Translations under genes and position numbers: made by a program | Part shown: positions 1-10,345 of the stretch, piece after piece | Numbering within the stretch: the first letter of the stretch is position 1 | How the letters are laid out: each line of letters starts with the position of its first letter | The notes under the pieces: model-generated | Database searches by the model: none | The model's input: only the letters and a program-made list of their open reading frames with translations | What the model was told of the DNA's origin: nothing | Assembly: GCA_021801125.1 (NCBI GenBank) | Contig: JAJYYI010000042.1 | Span: 2,975-66,974 of the forward strand | Length of the DNA stretch: 64,000 nt | Source of the DNA: Deltaproteobacteria bacterium | GTDB lineage: Bacteria > Desulfobacterota > Binatia > Binatales > Binataceae | Direction of reading: 5' to 3'

Positions 1-198
1 GTCGTCTTTGCTCTCGGGTGAAAAGTAAAGCTTGAGCAACTCGTTGGCCGGGTCTTCGGTGCGCAGCGTGGCTAGGTTATCGTAGCTCTCCACGATCGCC
101 TTAAAGAGCGCCATCTGCGCCGCCGGAACGTGGATTACCCATGCCACCCATTGAGGACGGTGCGGCGGCACAATGACGCGGTTATTCCTCTCGTTCAT
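1..198 (-). CDS. DUF4911-like small protein (runs off window start)
   Basis: Manual translation from ATG at 198: MNERNNRVIVPPHRPQWVAWVIHVPAAQMALFKAIVESYDNLATLRTEDPANELLKLYF...; the FKAIVESYDNLATLRT pattern resembles DUF4911. Not in the ORF track. Confidence 0.6.
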   Translation of the reverse strand, partial: MNERNNRVIVPPHRPQWVAWVIHVPAAQMALFKAIVESYDNLATLRTEDPANELLKLYFSPESKDD

Positions 199-359
199 CC
201 TTATGCTGCGCCGTAGCCGTCCTCAATTTTGGTGTCGCAGTGGCCATGGCTGGGGCCGCCTATGCCAAAGGGCGAGACGCAAACGCTTCGGCGGCGACAA
301 GTTTGGCCGAATGAGGCATCCGTGAAGGTCGAGTTGCGACGGCAGTCTAGGACAGGCCC

Positions 360-713
360 TTAGTGGTGCGCGGCGGTGCGCCGGCCGCGAGGTCGCGTCG
401 GTGCGGACTTGGCAACGGATTGGTTCAGCAGGCGATCGAGCTTCAGATTCAGATTCACGACATGGGCGGTGAGGCGCTCCACTCGTTCGCGCAACTCGCG
501 CAAGTCGCGCTTGGACGGCAGATTGGCCAGATCGAGCAACAGTTCGAAGTTGCGGTCGAGCATCCCCTTGTTTTCTTTGAGCCGCTCGCCGGCGCGTTCG
601 AAGCCGCGGCGCAAGCCGCGGTTGGTTTTGAACTCGTCGAAAACCGTTGACAGCGCGTCCTCGCTCAGCCGTCGCAGGCGCGAAACCAGTGTATCTGTGT
701 CGCGGCGTGCCAT
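360..713 (-). CDS. Coiled-coil hypothetical protein, phasin/PhaE-C-terminus-like
   Basis: 117 aa helical ORF; LANLPSKRDLRELRERVERL resembles the LNLP(T/S)R motif of PHA granule-associated proteins; basic tail. Confidence 0.5.
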   Translation of the reverse strand: MARRDTDTLVSRLRRLSEDALSTVFDEFKTNRGLRRGFERAGERLKENKGMLDRNFELLLDLANLPSKRDLRELRERVERLTAHVVNLNLKLDRLLNQSVAKSAPTRPRGRRTAAHH

Positions 714-780
714 TAGTCGCAGGATTCTACTACACTTTTAGTTGACAGGCATACAGGCGACCTAAGGGACGGCTCTCCAG

Positions 781-1080
781 ATGACGACACTAGCGCGAAT
801 CGTTAGCGTGACCTCAGGCTTTGTTCTCTTCGGCTTTCAAGGCCCGGACTCAGAGCTATTGATGACGTCGCTGGTGATTGACCTGACGCTCGCCTGTTTG
901 ACAGCGAGCTTGGCTGCCAAGCGCGGCCATTCCCGGCGTGTGTGGTTCGCTATAGGCCTGCTCGGCGGTCTCTGGGTGTTCTGCGGGGCGCTAATTCTGC
1001 TTCGCTCGCAGAGCAGCACGCCGCTAAAGGGCGGCTCGTCGACGTCGAAATCTTCGCCGGCGCCGCCGCACGCCGCCTAG
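781..1080 (+). CDS. Small membrane protein
   Basis: 99 aa with hydrophobic helices and an AAKRGHSRRVWFAIGLLGG helical-hairpin pattern. Confidence 0.55.
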   Translation: MTTLARIVSVTSGFVLFGFQGPDSELLMTSLVIDLTLACLTASLAAKRGHSRRVWFAIGLLGGLWVFCGALILLRSQSSTPLKGGSSTSKSSPAPPHAA

Positions 1081-1267
1081 AAGGACCGGGCGGCGTCTTG
1101 TCAGGCGCGTGATTAACCACGCGATAAGCGGCCGGCGCAAGACGCGAAGGCTGACCGTAAGGCTCGGTGGTGTCAACGCAAGGCGCGATCGCTTGGTTTG
1201 ATCAGGCGTGTCGTTTCCTTCCGCTCAAGCTCGTTGGCTTGTCGCGGGCTGCGCCGCCTGCTTTGCT

Positions 1268-1684
1268 CTAGCCGATTCGACCCAGGACGATCCCCAAGAT
1301 CAAGCTCGTCAAGACGTAAGCCGTGAACAAAACATAGACGAAATCGCCCTCGCGAAGAAAGAGAAGAAAGCAGAATAGAACGCGTGCCAGCGGGACCAGC
1401 GTCAGCACCATCAGGCCGATTGTCATAACCGCGTCCGGATCCCCTTGCAGGGCATGGTGCACGATGATCGGAAAAGAGGTCGGCTGATGCGTGAGGCCGT
1501 GTTGCGCGTTCTCGAAGGTCTTCACGTAATGCTGCGATGGGCCGGTGATCGCGAGAACAAGGCCGGTAGCCAGCAGGATTACCGAGGCCACGAGGATGGA
1601 ACGCAACAGAAGCGGCGTCCAGAGGCGAAGAATGCGCTCTTCCTGGTCGTTTGTTCCACGGTCAACCATCTCTGCAAATCCCAT
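1268..1684 (-). CDS. DUF1634 family membrane protein
   Basis: 3-4 TM segments, GLMVLTLVPLARV motif; ATG overlaps the tauE stop (TAATG), the usual tauE-DUF1634 pairing. Confidence 0.8.
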   Translation of the reverse strand: MGFAEMVDRGTNDQEERILRLWTPLLLRSILVASVILLATGLVLAITGPSQHYVKTFENAQHGLTHQPTSFPIIVHHALQGDPDAVMTIGLMVLTLVPLARVLFCFLLFLREGDFVYVLFTAYVLTSLILGIVLGRIG

Positions 1685-2523
1685 TAAATCCGGGACAACG
1701 CACGCCATCCCATTTCTGCTGCGATCAGTACCTGAAGCAGGATAAAGGTAAGGCGCAGCCATTTAACATTGATAAAAACCAGCATCCTGCTCCCCACGAG
1801 CGCGCCGGCGGTTACACCCAGGGCGACGGGCGCGGCTATCGCCGTCGGAACATCACCGCGCGCCAAGAAGACCAGTGCTCCAGCCCCAGCGGTCACTCCG
1901 ATCATGAAATTACTGGTTGCGCTCGACACCTTGAGCGGCAGATGCATCACCGAGTCCATCGCAATGACCTTGAGCGCTCCTGAACCGATGCCGAGCAAGC
2001 CTGAGGTGATCCCCGCCAGCAGCATCACCAGCGCGCCACCCGGTACGTTCTCGACCCCATACGAAATCGGCTTGCTTGAAGGGTTTGACAACGAGGCCGG
2101 GTAAACACCGGAGAGTCTCAGCCGAGTCGCGAGCCGGTCGCTCTGCGCCAGGATGCCTTCCCCTTTCTTGCGCGATGAAAAATAGGCCGACTGGAGCATC
2201 GTCAGGGAAAACAATAACTCCAACGCCCACGGGGGCACGTGGCCGGCCAAAAAAGCCCCGGCCACCGCGCCGGTCACGGTGGCGCACTCCAACACCATCG
2301 CGACCCGCAGGTTGGTCCAGCCGTCGCGTACAAAGGCCACGCTGGCGCCAGCGCTGGTTGCGACCACTGACATGAGGCTTGCTCCCACGGCGACATACAT
2401 CGGCACGTGGGCGAGGATCACCAAAGCCGGGACGATAAACACCCCCCCACCCAGTCCCGAAAGAGCTCCGATGAACCCGGAGCCTAGGGCCAGCGCAAAA
2501 AGTCCGCCGAGAACTTCCAGCAT
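1684..2523 (-). CDS. Sulfite exporter TauE/SafE family protein
   Basis: Repeated GLxGLGGG / GLLGIGSG motifs, KVSSATSNFMIG, about 8 TM segments. Confidence 0.9.
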   Translation of the reverse strand: MLEVLGGLFALALGSGFIGALSGLGGGVFIVPALVILAHVPMYVAVGASLMSVVATSAGASVAFVRDGWTNLRVAMVLECATVTGAVAGAFLAGHVPPWALELLFSLTMLQSAYFSSRKKGEGILAQSDRLATRLRLSGVYPASLSNPSSKPISYGVENVPGGALVMLLAGITSGLLGIGSGALKVIAMDSVMHLPLKVSSATSNFMIGVTAGAGALVFLARGDVPTAIAAPVALGVTAGALVGSRMLVFINVKWLRLTFILLQVLIAAEMGWRALSRI

Positions 2524-3115
2524 CTTGATTCCTAAGCCGAAAGGCCGAGAAGTAGTTTAACCCTTCCTTACGACGCTTGCATGTCGATGGCGCGCGACTG
2601 CCGCATTCTAGGGCAGGTGCGGGCCGGCACGCGCTCGTCATTGCCTACGTTCTGTATGACGACCGGGAGGCGAGAACCTGTCAACCATGCCGGCTAAAAC
2701 CGCCGCGTTCAATTAAATGGTTAATCCGCGACAATCGGCTTTGAAGGGAGCGCGCGCCCGGCCCTCGTTCAGCCCATGGGTCGGTGCCTCAGATTCGGGC
2801 CGGTTCTCGAAAAACCGCGGCTTGAGCGCCAAGCCTGCGCTCGCCTGTCCCGATTCGCCGCTCGTGACAGGCTTGCCGTCCGTAGCTTAGCGGGGCCGCG
2901 CAGGGCCCTGTTCACGTGATCGTAGGCTTCGATATAATCGCCGGCGTAATAAGATACCATATGAATCCGATAGCGCTGAACCACAAGCCAACTCGAGCGC
3001 CGTGCTGATGTGCCAAGGTTGAAGTTACCATCGGCAACTCCGATCGCCGCAACAGAAAAATCCCTCGGACCGACAGCAGACCTGGAAGGTCGGTGCTCGC
3101 TCCGCTGATGGCCCC

Positions 3116-4291
3116 GTGAAGCCGCTTCGCGTCGCGGTTGTATGCGACTTCCTGGAAGAGCGCTGGCCCAGTATGGAGCTGGTCGCGCAGAAGCTGTTCG
3201 ACGGGCTTGCGTCCAACAACGCTTCGGCTGACATTCAACCCAAGCTCATTCGGCCGCGGTTCGTGCGAACGGCGACGCGAATTCCCCACATCAACACGCG
3301 AAAGGCTCTGTTCAACGCCGACCGTCTTCTCAACCGCTTCGTTAACTATCCGGCGTTCTTGCGACGGATTCGCGACAATTTCGACGTCTTTCATATCATT
3401 GACCACAGCTACAGCCATCTTGTTCACCAGCTCCCCAGCCATCGCACAGTGGTAGCGTGCCACGACCTTGACACGTTCAGGTGTCTGCTCGCCCCCGACC
3501 TCGAACCTAGGTCCGTCGCCTTCAAGGCTATGACCCGGCGGATTTTGCGCGGTCTTCAACGCGCTGCGGTCGTGACCTGTGACAGCTGCGCGACGCGCGA
3601 TCAAATCCTCGCTCACAAGGTAGTGCCGGCCGATCGCCTGGTTGTGATGCCCAACGGAGTGGACGGCGCTTGCTCGCCCGACCCCGACCGGTTCAGCGAC
3701 CAGCGCATTGCGCGGTTGCTAGGGAATCCATCGGCGGACGCGGTGGAGTTGCTCCACGTAGGGACAACCATCGCGCGAAAGAGGATCGATTTGTTGTTGC
3801 GGATTTTCGCCGAGGTGCGCAAACTGGTTCCTTCGGCGCGCCTGCTGCGCGTGGGCGGCGAGTTTACAACGGCACAGCGCGAGCTTGCGAGGGATCTGCA
3901 AATCGAAGATTCCGTCGTGGTGATGCCATACTTGGAACGAAGCGACCTCGCCGCAGTGTACCGGCGCGCCACTATGCTGCTGTTGCCATCAGAGGGCGAG
4001 GGCTTCGGTTTGCCGGTGGTTGAGGCGATGACGTGCGGAACACCGGTAGTCGCGAGCGACATCCCCGCGTTACGCGAGGTGGGCGGCGCCGTGGCTGAGT
4101 ACTGCCCCGTCGGCGATGTCGCTAGCTGGACCAAAACTATCCTCGCTCTTTTCGAGGAAAGACGCGCGCAACCGCAGCGATGGGCGACGCGGCGGGATGA
4201 AGGTCTTCGTTGGGCCGCCCGCTTCAGTTGGGACGCGTACGCGTCCCAGAGCATCTCAATCTATCGTCAACTGGCCGCATCCGCGGCGTGA
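3116..4291 (+). CDS. Glycosyltransferase family 4 (GT-B)
   Basis: HDL, RKRID and PSEGEGFGLPVVEAMTCG (EX7E) motifs. Confidence 0.9.
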   Translation: MKPLRVAVVCDFLEERWPSMELVAQKLFDGLASNNASADIQPKLIRPRFVRTATRIPHINTRKALFNADRLLNRFVNYPAFLRRIRDNFDVFHIIDHSYSHLVHQLPSHRTVVACHDLDTFRCLLAPDLEPRSVAFKAMTRRILRGLQRAAVVTCDSCATRDQILAHKVVPADRLVVMPNGVDGACSPDPDRFSDQRIARLLGNPSADAVELLHVGTTIARKRIDLLLRIFAEVRKLVPSARLLRVGGEFTTAQRELARDLQIEDSVVVMPYLERSDLAAVYRRATMLLLPSEGEGFGLPVVEAMTCGTPVVASDIPALREVGGAVAEYCPVGDVASWTKTILALFEERRAQPQRWATRRDEGLRWAARFSWDAYASQSISIYRQLAASAA

Positions 4292-4492
4292 CAGGCCTGA
4301 GTCCTGCCGCGTCATCGCGGCGTGCAGAAGCGAAGGCTCTCACTTCGGTCCTCGCCGCAGCGAGTTCAAGGAGACCCGCCTGGAGGGCGGCTACGGGCGA
4401 GGAGATAGCGGCCGTCGCCGAGCTCGTGAGCGACCAAGGGCCCGATCCGCGGCAGGTTGCCGCGTGGCCCTCATCTCCACGTGGCGACGACG

Positions 4493-4795
4493 CTAGTTGA
4501 ACCCTCCGATGGCCAATTGGCGCATGGTGGGAATCAAGAACGACTGCATGAAATAAATCGCGAAAATCACGACCATCGGCGAGAAGTCAATCCCCCCGAA
4601 CATCACGGGCATGTGCGTACGTACCCAGTCGAACACCGGCTCAGTAAGCGAGTATATCGCGCGGACGATGGGATTGTACGGGTTCGGCTCGATCCAGCTC
4701 ATGATGGCCGCGATGATTACGACCCAGAAGTAAAGCTGCAAAAGCATCTGCAGCATCTGCGTGATAGTGATTACGAAATTTGCCCAGATAACCAC
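4493..4795 (-). CDS. yggT: YggT family membrane protein
   Basis: SWIEPNPYNPIV...TEPV...GGIDFSP signature; follows proC. Confidence 0.92.
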   Translation of the reverse strand: MVIWANFVITITQMLQMLLQLYFWVVIIAAIMSWIEPNPYNPIVRAIYSLTEPVFDWVRTHMPVMFGGIDFSPMVVIFAIYFMQSFLIPTMRQLAIGGFN

Positions 4796-4807
4796 GACAA
4801 GCTCAGT

Positions 4808-5686
4808 CTACCTGATCCTGCCAAGTTCACGCGACCTCGCCGCCGCGGCTCGAACCGCGCCGGCAACGACCGTGGTAAAACCCTGCTGCGAAAACGCGCT
4901 CAACGCGGCCTCGGTGGTGCCGCCAGGCGAGGCGACCATCCGAATCAGCTCGTCCGGGCCGAGCCCCGACTCTCGCATCATCGCGACCGCCCCGAGGAGC
5001 GTTTGCAGCGTCATCTTAAGCGCAAGCCGCGGTTCGATTCCTTCGCTCGCCGCGGCGTCGGCTAACGCCTTAGCGAATAGGTAAACGTACGCGGGGCCAC
5101 TGCCGGAAAGAGCCGTGACACCATCCAGCGCCGCTTCGTCTTTTATCGCCACGGCTTCGCCGACTGCACCGAAGATCTTTAGCGTCAGCGCCTCGTCGGC
5201 GGTGCTGGCGCGCGCTCCGCGCACCACGGCCGCCATCCCGCGCCCGACCATCGCCGGGGCGTTCGGCATGACGCGTACGACCCGTGCCAATGAGCCTAAT
5301 TGCCCCTCTAAGTGATTGAGTGTGATGCCGGCGGCGATCGAAATGAAAAGCCGGCCGGCTTTGGGTTTGCTTTTGGCGCTGCTGCGCGCCGAAACTGATC
5401 GACCAGCCTGCGCTTGAGAGGTTTGTTCGAGCGCGCGCTTCGCATCTTCAAGCACGGTGTCGATTATCTGAGGTTTTACCGCGACCACGATCGCCGGAGC
5501 GTTGACGATAACCTCCGGGTTTTTAGTCGTCGTCTCGATGCCCAGCGTGCGCGCCAGTTTTTGCCGGCGCTTGGGCTCGGGGTCGGCGGCGATGATTTCG
5601 GTTGCCTTGAAGACCTTCTTTTCGAGCAGGCCGCGGATCAACGCCTCGCCCATATTGCCTGCGCCTATGAATCCAAGTTTCTTCAT
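4808..5686 (-). CDS. proC: Pyrroline-5-carboxylate reductase
   Basis: GFIGAGNMG, AVKPQ, RVMPN, ALSGSGPAY and VASPGGTT motifs. Confidence 0.95.
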   Translation of the reverse strand: MKKLGFIGAGNMGEALIRGLLEKKVFKATEIIAADPEPKRRQKLARTLGIETTTKNPEVIVNAPAIVVAVKPQIIDTVLEDAKRALEQTSQAQAGRSVSARSSAKSKPKAGRLFISIAAGITLNHLEGQLGSLARVVRVMPNAPAMVGRGMAAVVRGARASTADEALTLKIFGAVGEAVAIKDEAALDGVTALSGSGPAYVYLFAKALADAAASEGIEPRLALKMTLQTLLGAVAMMRESGLGPDELIRMVASPGGTTEAALSAFSQQGFTTVVAGAVRAAAARSRELGRIR

Positions 5687-6399
5687 CTGACGCGCTCACT
5701 GAAGATCGCCCGCCCAATCCGGACGATAGTGGCGCCCTCCTCGATCGCGACTTCAAAATCGTCGGACATTCCCATCGAAAGCTCGCCCAGCTCAAGACCC
5801 GTCGAGCGTGCAAGGTCGTCTCTCAACTCGCGCAGGCGCGCGAAACTGCGGCGGGAACCCTCGGCCGCCATCGGCGGCGCGGGAATGGTCATCAGGCCGC
5901 TCACCTTTACGATCCCGCGCACGGCGTCGAGCAGCGCCTCCACTTCCTGCGGCGCCACGCCATGCTTCGTGGCTTCATCGTCTACGTTTACCTGGATCAG
6001 CACTTCCACCGGGGCGGTCTCGTCCAACCGTGCGAGACGGCTTGCAAGGTGCACGGAGTCGAGACTATGAATCAAACCGAAACAGCCCAGAGCTTGCGCA
6101 ACTTTGTTGCGTTGAAGATGACCGATAAGGTGCCATCGGATGTCGGAGAGGTCGGCCAGCGCCGCTCGTTTCGCGACCGCCTCTTGAACGTAGTTCTCGC
6201 CAAATTCCCGCGCGCCCGCGCGATGGACGGCCCGCATTTTCTCGGGTGGTTGAGTCTTGCTTACCGCGACCAGCCGGACGCTATCCGGGGTGCGTCCGCT
6301 GCGGCGAGTGGCCGCTGCAATGCGTTCGCGCACGGAGTTGAAACGCTCGCAGGTCTCGCGCTCTAAGTCCGATACCAGGTATTCCTTCATCTCAACCAT
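5683..6399 (-). CDS. yggS: YggS family PLP homeostasis protein
   Basis: AVSKT, FGENYVQE, HLIGHLQRNK, LSMGMSDDF and RIGRAIF motifs. Confidence 0.95.
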   Translation of the reverse strand: MVEMKEYLVSDLERETCERFNSVRERIAAATRRSGRTPDSVRLVAVSKTQPPEKMRAVHRAGAREFGENYVQEAVAKRAALADLSDIRWHLIGHLQRNKVAQALGCFGLIHSLDSVHLASRLARLDETAPVEVLIQVNVDDEATKHGVAPQEVEALLDAVRGIVKVSGLMTIPAPPMAAEGSRRSFARLRELRDDLARSTGLELGELSMGMSDDFEVAIEEGATIVRIGRAIFSERVR

Positions 6400-6429
6400 A
6401 TGAAAAGCCTGATTTCGGTGCGGCGGCGC

Positions 6430-7002
6430 TCAAGAAGCCGGAGAAAGGTAGCGTTTCAGCGCGGGCAGCGCCTTCTCTATAGGCAGGCCCATCACGTTTG
6501 TGAACGAACCCTCGATATGTTCGACGAAGCCGCGGCCCATTCCTTGGATACCGTAGGCTCCGGCCTTGTCGAATGGCTCACGGCTGAGGATGTAGGCGTC
6601 TACTTCCTGAATTGTCAGCGTGCGAAAACTTACCTGCGATAAAACCGCCTCGGCCTCCAGAACGTCTTCTCTTTGAGCGATAGCGAACGCGGTGATGACC
6701 GTGTGAGTGCGGCCCGATAGGCGTTTGAGCGTCCGGCGGGCTGCTTCCGGGTCTTTCGGTTTTCCGATTGTTTCGCCTTCCAGCTCGACTATGGTATCGG
6801 CCGCCAGCACCAGGTGCGCGGGGTTGACACGGGAAGCAGCCAGAGCTTTTGCGCGCGCCATCCGCAGCGCGAACTCACGCGGCGGCTCGCCTTCATGCGG
6901 CTCTTCGGCCACCGCTGTTGCCAGCACGTCGAACTCAAGACCCGCAGCGGCAAGAAGATCGCGCCGACGGGGAGACGCGGAGGCGAGGATGAATCGTCTC
7001 AT
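6430..7002 (-). CDS. maf: Maf family nucleoside triphosphate pyrophosphatase
   Basis: ILASASPRR, ADT, GKP, DKAGAYGIQG and NVMGLP motifs; start set at ATG 7002. Confidence 0.93.
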   Translation of the reverse strand: MRRFILASASPRRRDLLAAAGLEFDVLATAVAEEPHEGEPPREFALRMARAKALAASRVNPAHLVLAADTIVELEGETIGKPKDPEAARRTLKRLSGRTHTVITAFAIAQREDVLEAEAVLSQVSFRTLTIQEVDAYILSREPFDKAGAYGIQGMGRGFVEHIEGSFTNVMGLPIEKALPALKRYLSPAS

Positions 7003-7230
7003 TGTTTCGTTTTGATGCGCTATAGCTTTAGATCGAAGACGCCCGAGCCACGGCTTCCAAGAGCTACGTTGTATAATGCAGTGGTCGCGTGCAAATCTCA
7101 ACCCGTGCGAATCTCACCATGGAACGAGTGTCTGCACGGCGGAGGGACGCGGGTACCACCACGGGCGTGGATGGCCGGCTGGGCGGCTTTGCGTCTGGCG
7201 CAGTAGGTTTTGGGAATTAGGAGCTAAGGC

Positions 7231-9435
7231 GTGATGGATGAGGGGCAGGTATTTCCCAAGCCTAAGGAGCGTTTGGCTGGTTTCGCACGATTCGTCTTGG
7301 CGCTGACTCTGGTGTTTGCCGGTGGCGGCTTGGCGAGTGCTTTGCGCATATCGGAGATCGCTGCGCTATCGACTAACACCGCCAATGCCGCGGTTGGGTC
7401 CGCGCAGCAAGAGCAGGTGCGCCGCGAGTTTTTGCGTGGTTATCAGGCCCAGGTCGACGGCGATTACGCGCAGGCGGCGCGGGTTTTCAGCGCGCTCGAG
7501 GGACGTTATCCTGAGCTCGGCGACTACGTTCTGTTCTATCTGGGGCGCGCGCAAAGCAAGCTCGGATCGGCGAGTGCGGCCGAGGCGAGCTTCGAGCGAT
7601 TATTGCGCTCTTACCCGCAAAGTCTTCTGGCTGAGCGCAGCGAATTCGAATTGGCCAAGCTAGCTCTCGAGCAAGCGCAGTTTACGCGGGCCGAACAGAT
7701 TGCGGTGCACCTGATGCCTAAAATTACCTCGACCGAACTGGAAGGCGAGACACGAGTGGTGCTAGCGGGAGCGCTCGTCGGTCGCAGAGAGATCCGCGAA
7801 GCCGACGCGCAGTTGGAACAAGTGCGCCAGGAGATGCCCCATTCCGCCGCTGACGCGAAGGCCCGCGTGATGCAGACCGAATTACGCCAGCTTTATCCCA
7901 GCATAATCGGGCTGCACACGGCAGAGGAATTCAGGAGCGAAGCCGAGTTGTTGTACAGAGAAGGCCTCGCGGCTCAAGCCCTAACGGCCGTCGATAAGGC
8001 GCTGAGCCTGCATCCCAGCGCGGACATGACGGCGGAGATATTGTGGATCGAGGCTCGTGCGGCGGCGCATGTTGACCGCGCGCGCCAAAAACGCGCGCTC
8101 GACCGGTATCTGGAATTGGCGCCGAACGGCGCGGCGGCGCCCCAGGCGACCTACGCGCTGGGGCTATGGTATTGGCATGAGGATCAGACCGCGTTGGCCA
8201 GGGATTGGTTTGCCCGCGTAGCGCGCAGATTCGCCGCCAGCCCGCTGGCAGCCGAGGCGATGCTGCGGGCTGCGCGCATCGCCGAGGAGGAAGGCGATTT
8301 AAATCTGGCGCGCACCGAATATCTGCGCTTGGCCGCCCGTTACCCACAAAGCGACGCGGGCGAACAGGCGCAATTCCGCGCGCCATGGATGCTATACATG
8401 AGCGAGAACTATCGCGCCGCAGGCGAACAGTTCAGCGGGCTTCGCGAGCGGACGCCCGCCGGCGCCGCTCGCGACCGCTTCGGCTACTGGGAGGCGCGAG
8501 CGTGGGAGAAATCGGGTCAGCCTGACAGAGCGCGCACCCGCTTCGCGACAGTCGCTCAGAGCCTCGCCAGCAACTACTATCCGGCGCTCGCCGCTCGCAG
8601 AATAGGCGAGGATCCTCCAATCTTGGCAACTGTCGATCTGGTGGCCGGAAGATCACCCCGGGTCAACGGTCCGGCGGCGTTTCACCTGGTGCGAGCCGAC
8701 GAGCTTGCCGCGCTGGGGCTAAAGCGCCAAACGGCCAACGAGTTGCTCGCATTAGTGAAATTCGCCAGGGAGCAATCGAGCCTGCGTAACTTTGTGCTGG
8801 TCGAGCTGCAGGCCGCTCAAGCCTACTACGACGCGATCATGGTAGCGGTGGAAATGGAGCAGCGTGGCGAATTGGACTCGGCCGCGGCGGAACGCTTGCG
8901 CTATCCGCGCGCCTACTGGGACTGGATCGGTCCGATCGGCGCTCGCATCGGCCTCGACCCTTATCTGTTGCTCGCCGTGGCGCGCCAGGAAAGCCTCTTC
9001 AACCCGAACGCCCGCTCCCCAGCCGACGCGCGGGGGCTTATGCAGTTGCTGCCGGCAACCGCCGGGCGGCTTGGCAACGGGCCTCGCGACCAGGTCGATC
9101 TTTATGACCCGCAGCGTAATCTGGAACTCGGTGCGCTTGAGTTAAAGCGTTTGTTAAATCGCTTTGGGGACGACCTATTCAAAGCGGTTGCCGCTTATAA
9201 TGCCGGCGAGCAGGCGGTTGAGCGCTGGAACTCCAGTTTCTCTGGAGACGACGACGAATGGGTTGAAAATATCGAGTACAAAGAAACCCGCCGCTATGTA
9301 AAAAGAGTCATCGGCGGCCTGCGCGAATATCGGATGCTGTACGGACCGCCGACGCATCGCTCCACCCCAAGCCGCGCGGGTAGTGAGGAGTTCACGCCGG
9401 CCGCTGACGCCCGAGGCGGTGCGGCGCAAGAATAA
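7231..9435 (+). CDS. slt: Soluble lytic murein transglycosylase with TPR superhelix
   Basis: N-terminal hydrophobic signal, TPR-like repeats, C-terminal RQES...ARGLMQL...AAYNAG...ETRRYVKRV. Confidence 0.9.
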   Translation: MMDEGQVFPKPKERLAGFARFVLALTLVFAGGGLASALRISEIAALSTNTANAAVGSAQQEQVRREFLRGYQAQVDGDYAQAARVFSALEGRYPELGDYVLFYLGRAQSKLGSASAAEASFERLLRSYPQSLLAERSEFELAKLALEQAQFTRAEQIAVHLMPKITSTELEGETRVVLAGALVGRREIREADAQLEQVRQEMPHSAADAKARVMQTELRQLYPSIIGLHTAEEFRSEAELLYREGLAAQALTAVDKALSLHPSADMTAEILWIEARAAAHVDRARQKRALDRYLELAPNGAAAPQATYALGLWYWHEDQTALARDWFARVARRFAASPLAAEAMLRAARIAEEEGDLNLARTEYLRLAARYPQSDAGEQAQFRAPWMLYMSENYRAAGEQFSGLRERTPAGAARDRFGYWEARAWEKSGQPDRARTRFATVAQSLASNYYPALAARRIGEDPPILATVDLVAGRSPRVNGPAAFHLVRADELAALGLKRQTANELLALVKFAREQSSLRNFVLVELQAAQAYYDAIMVAVEMEQRGELDSAAAERLRYPRAYWDWIGPIGARIGLDPYLLLAVARQESLFNPNARSPADARGLMQLLPATAGRLGNGPRDQVDLYDPQRNLELGALELKRLLNRFGDDLFKAVAAYNAGEQAVERWNSSFSGDDDEWVENIEYKETRRYVKRVIGGLREYRMLYGPPTHRSTPSRAGSEEFTPAADARGGAAQE

Positions 9436-9458
9436 AGGGGGAGCGCTGGATTTTCTTT

Positions 9459-10148
9459 ATGGCAATGAGTGCAAAAAGGTTTAAGGCGATCTTTTTCGAC
9501 CTGGACGGGACCTTGATTGACATCCGCGGGCCGCTTTACGCCTCCGTGCGGTACGCTTTTGATTGCATGGGTGCGGAGCCGGCGCTGACCCGCGAGCGCT
9601 ACGAGGAACTGCTTCTGCGAGAGGGGTTGTCGCTGGGCGTGGCGGAATCACAAAGACGGCAATATGCCAAGCTCGTCCTATCACACTTCATGGCCCAAGC
9701 TCAGGACGCGCAATTCGAGATCCTTCCCGAGGTTCCCGAAGCGTTGACCGAGCTTAAGCGGCGCAATTACACGACGGGCGTCGTGACGAGCCGCCCCGGC
9801 GACGCGGAGGCGATTAGCTATAAGCTCAACGCTTGCGGTTTGGCCGGGCTGCTGGACCACGTGCTCACCGCGCGCATCAACAACCTAAGCGCGCTCGATA
9901 AGACAGAGAGCCTCGCCCTTGCGTGCGAGCGTGCGGGCGTCTTGTCGGCGCATTGCGCATACGTCGGCGATGAGCCGCGCGATACGATGGCGGCACGAAA
10001 TGCCAAGTTCGGCATGGCTATCGCGGTAGCCACCGGTGCTGCCGGTTTCGAGCATCTGCGCGGCCATCCCGAGTTCAAGCCTGGTCATGTGCTGCACTCG
10101 ATGGGGCAGCTCCCCGAACTGATGGCGCGCCTGGACCTCGACGATTAA
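9459..10148 (+). CDS. HAD family hydrolase (phosphoglycolate phosphatase-like)
   Basis: FDLDGTL motif I, VTS motif II, YVGDEPRD motif IV. Confidence 0.85.
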   Translation: MAMSAKRFKAIFFDLDGTLIDIRGPLYASVRYAFDCMGAEPALTRERYEELLLREGLSLGVAESQRRQYAKLVLSHFMAQAQDAQFEILPEVPEALTELKRRNYTTGVVTSRPGDAEAISYKLNACGLAGLLDHVLTARINNLSALDKTESLALACERAGVLSAHCAYVGDEPRDTMAARNAKFGMAIAVATGAAGFEHLRGHPEFKPGHVLHSMGQLPELMARLDLDD

Positions 10149-10345
10149 AACGGCTGGGCTGGCGCCGGACTTAAGCAACCGCGCATTCGTCTGATTCCCA
10201 ACGAAAAGAGATTAGCGGTCAGGCAAGCGAATACCTGTCCGGCGCGCGCTGAAGCCTCGGCGCTGATCGCTGTCAGGACCGAGCGACATGAGTTCGCGAT
10301 AATTCTCACCTGACTCACTTGCTCGACCCTCGCGCCGCAAGACGG

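Noticed and set aside
2600-2650. Fluoride riboswitch upstream of tauE (GGCAATGA...GCC on the minus strand)
   Set aside because: The downstream GCTGATG/pseudoknot elements are absent and the 5' stem spacing is wrong.
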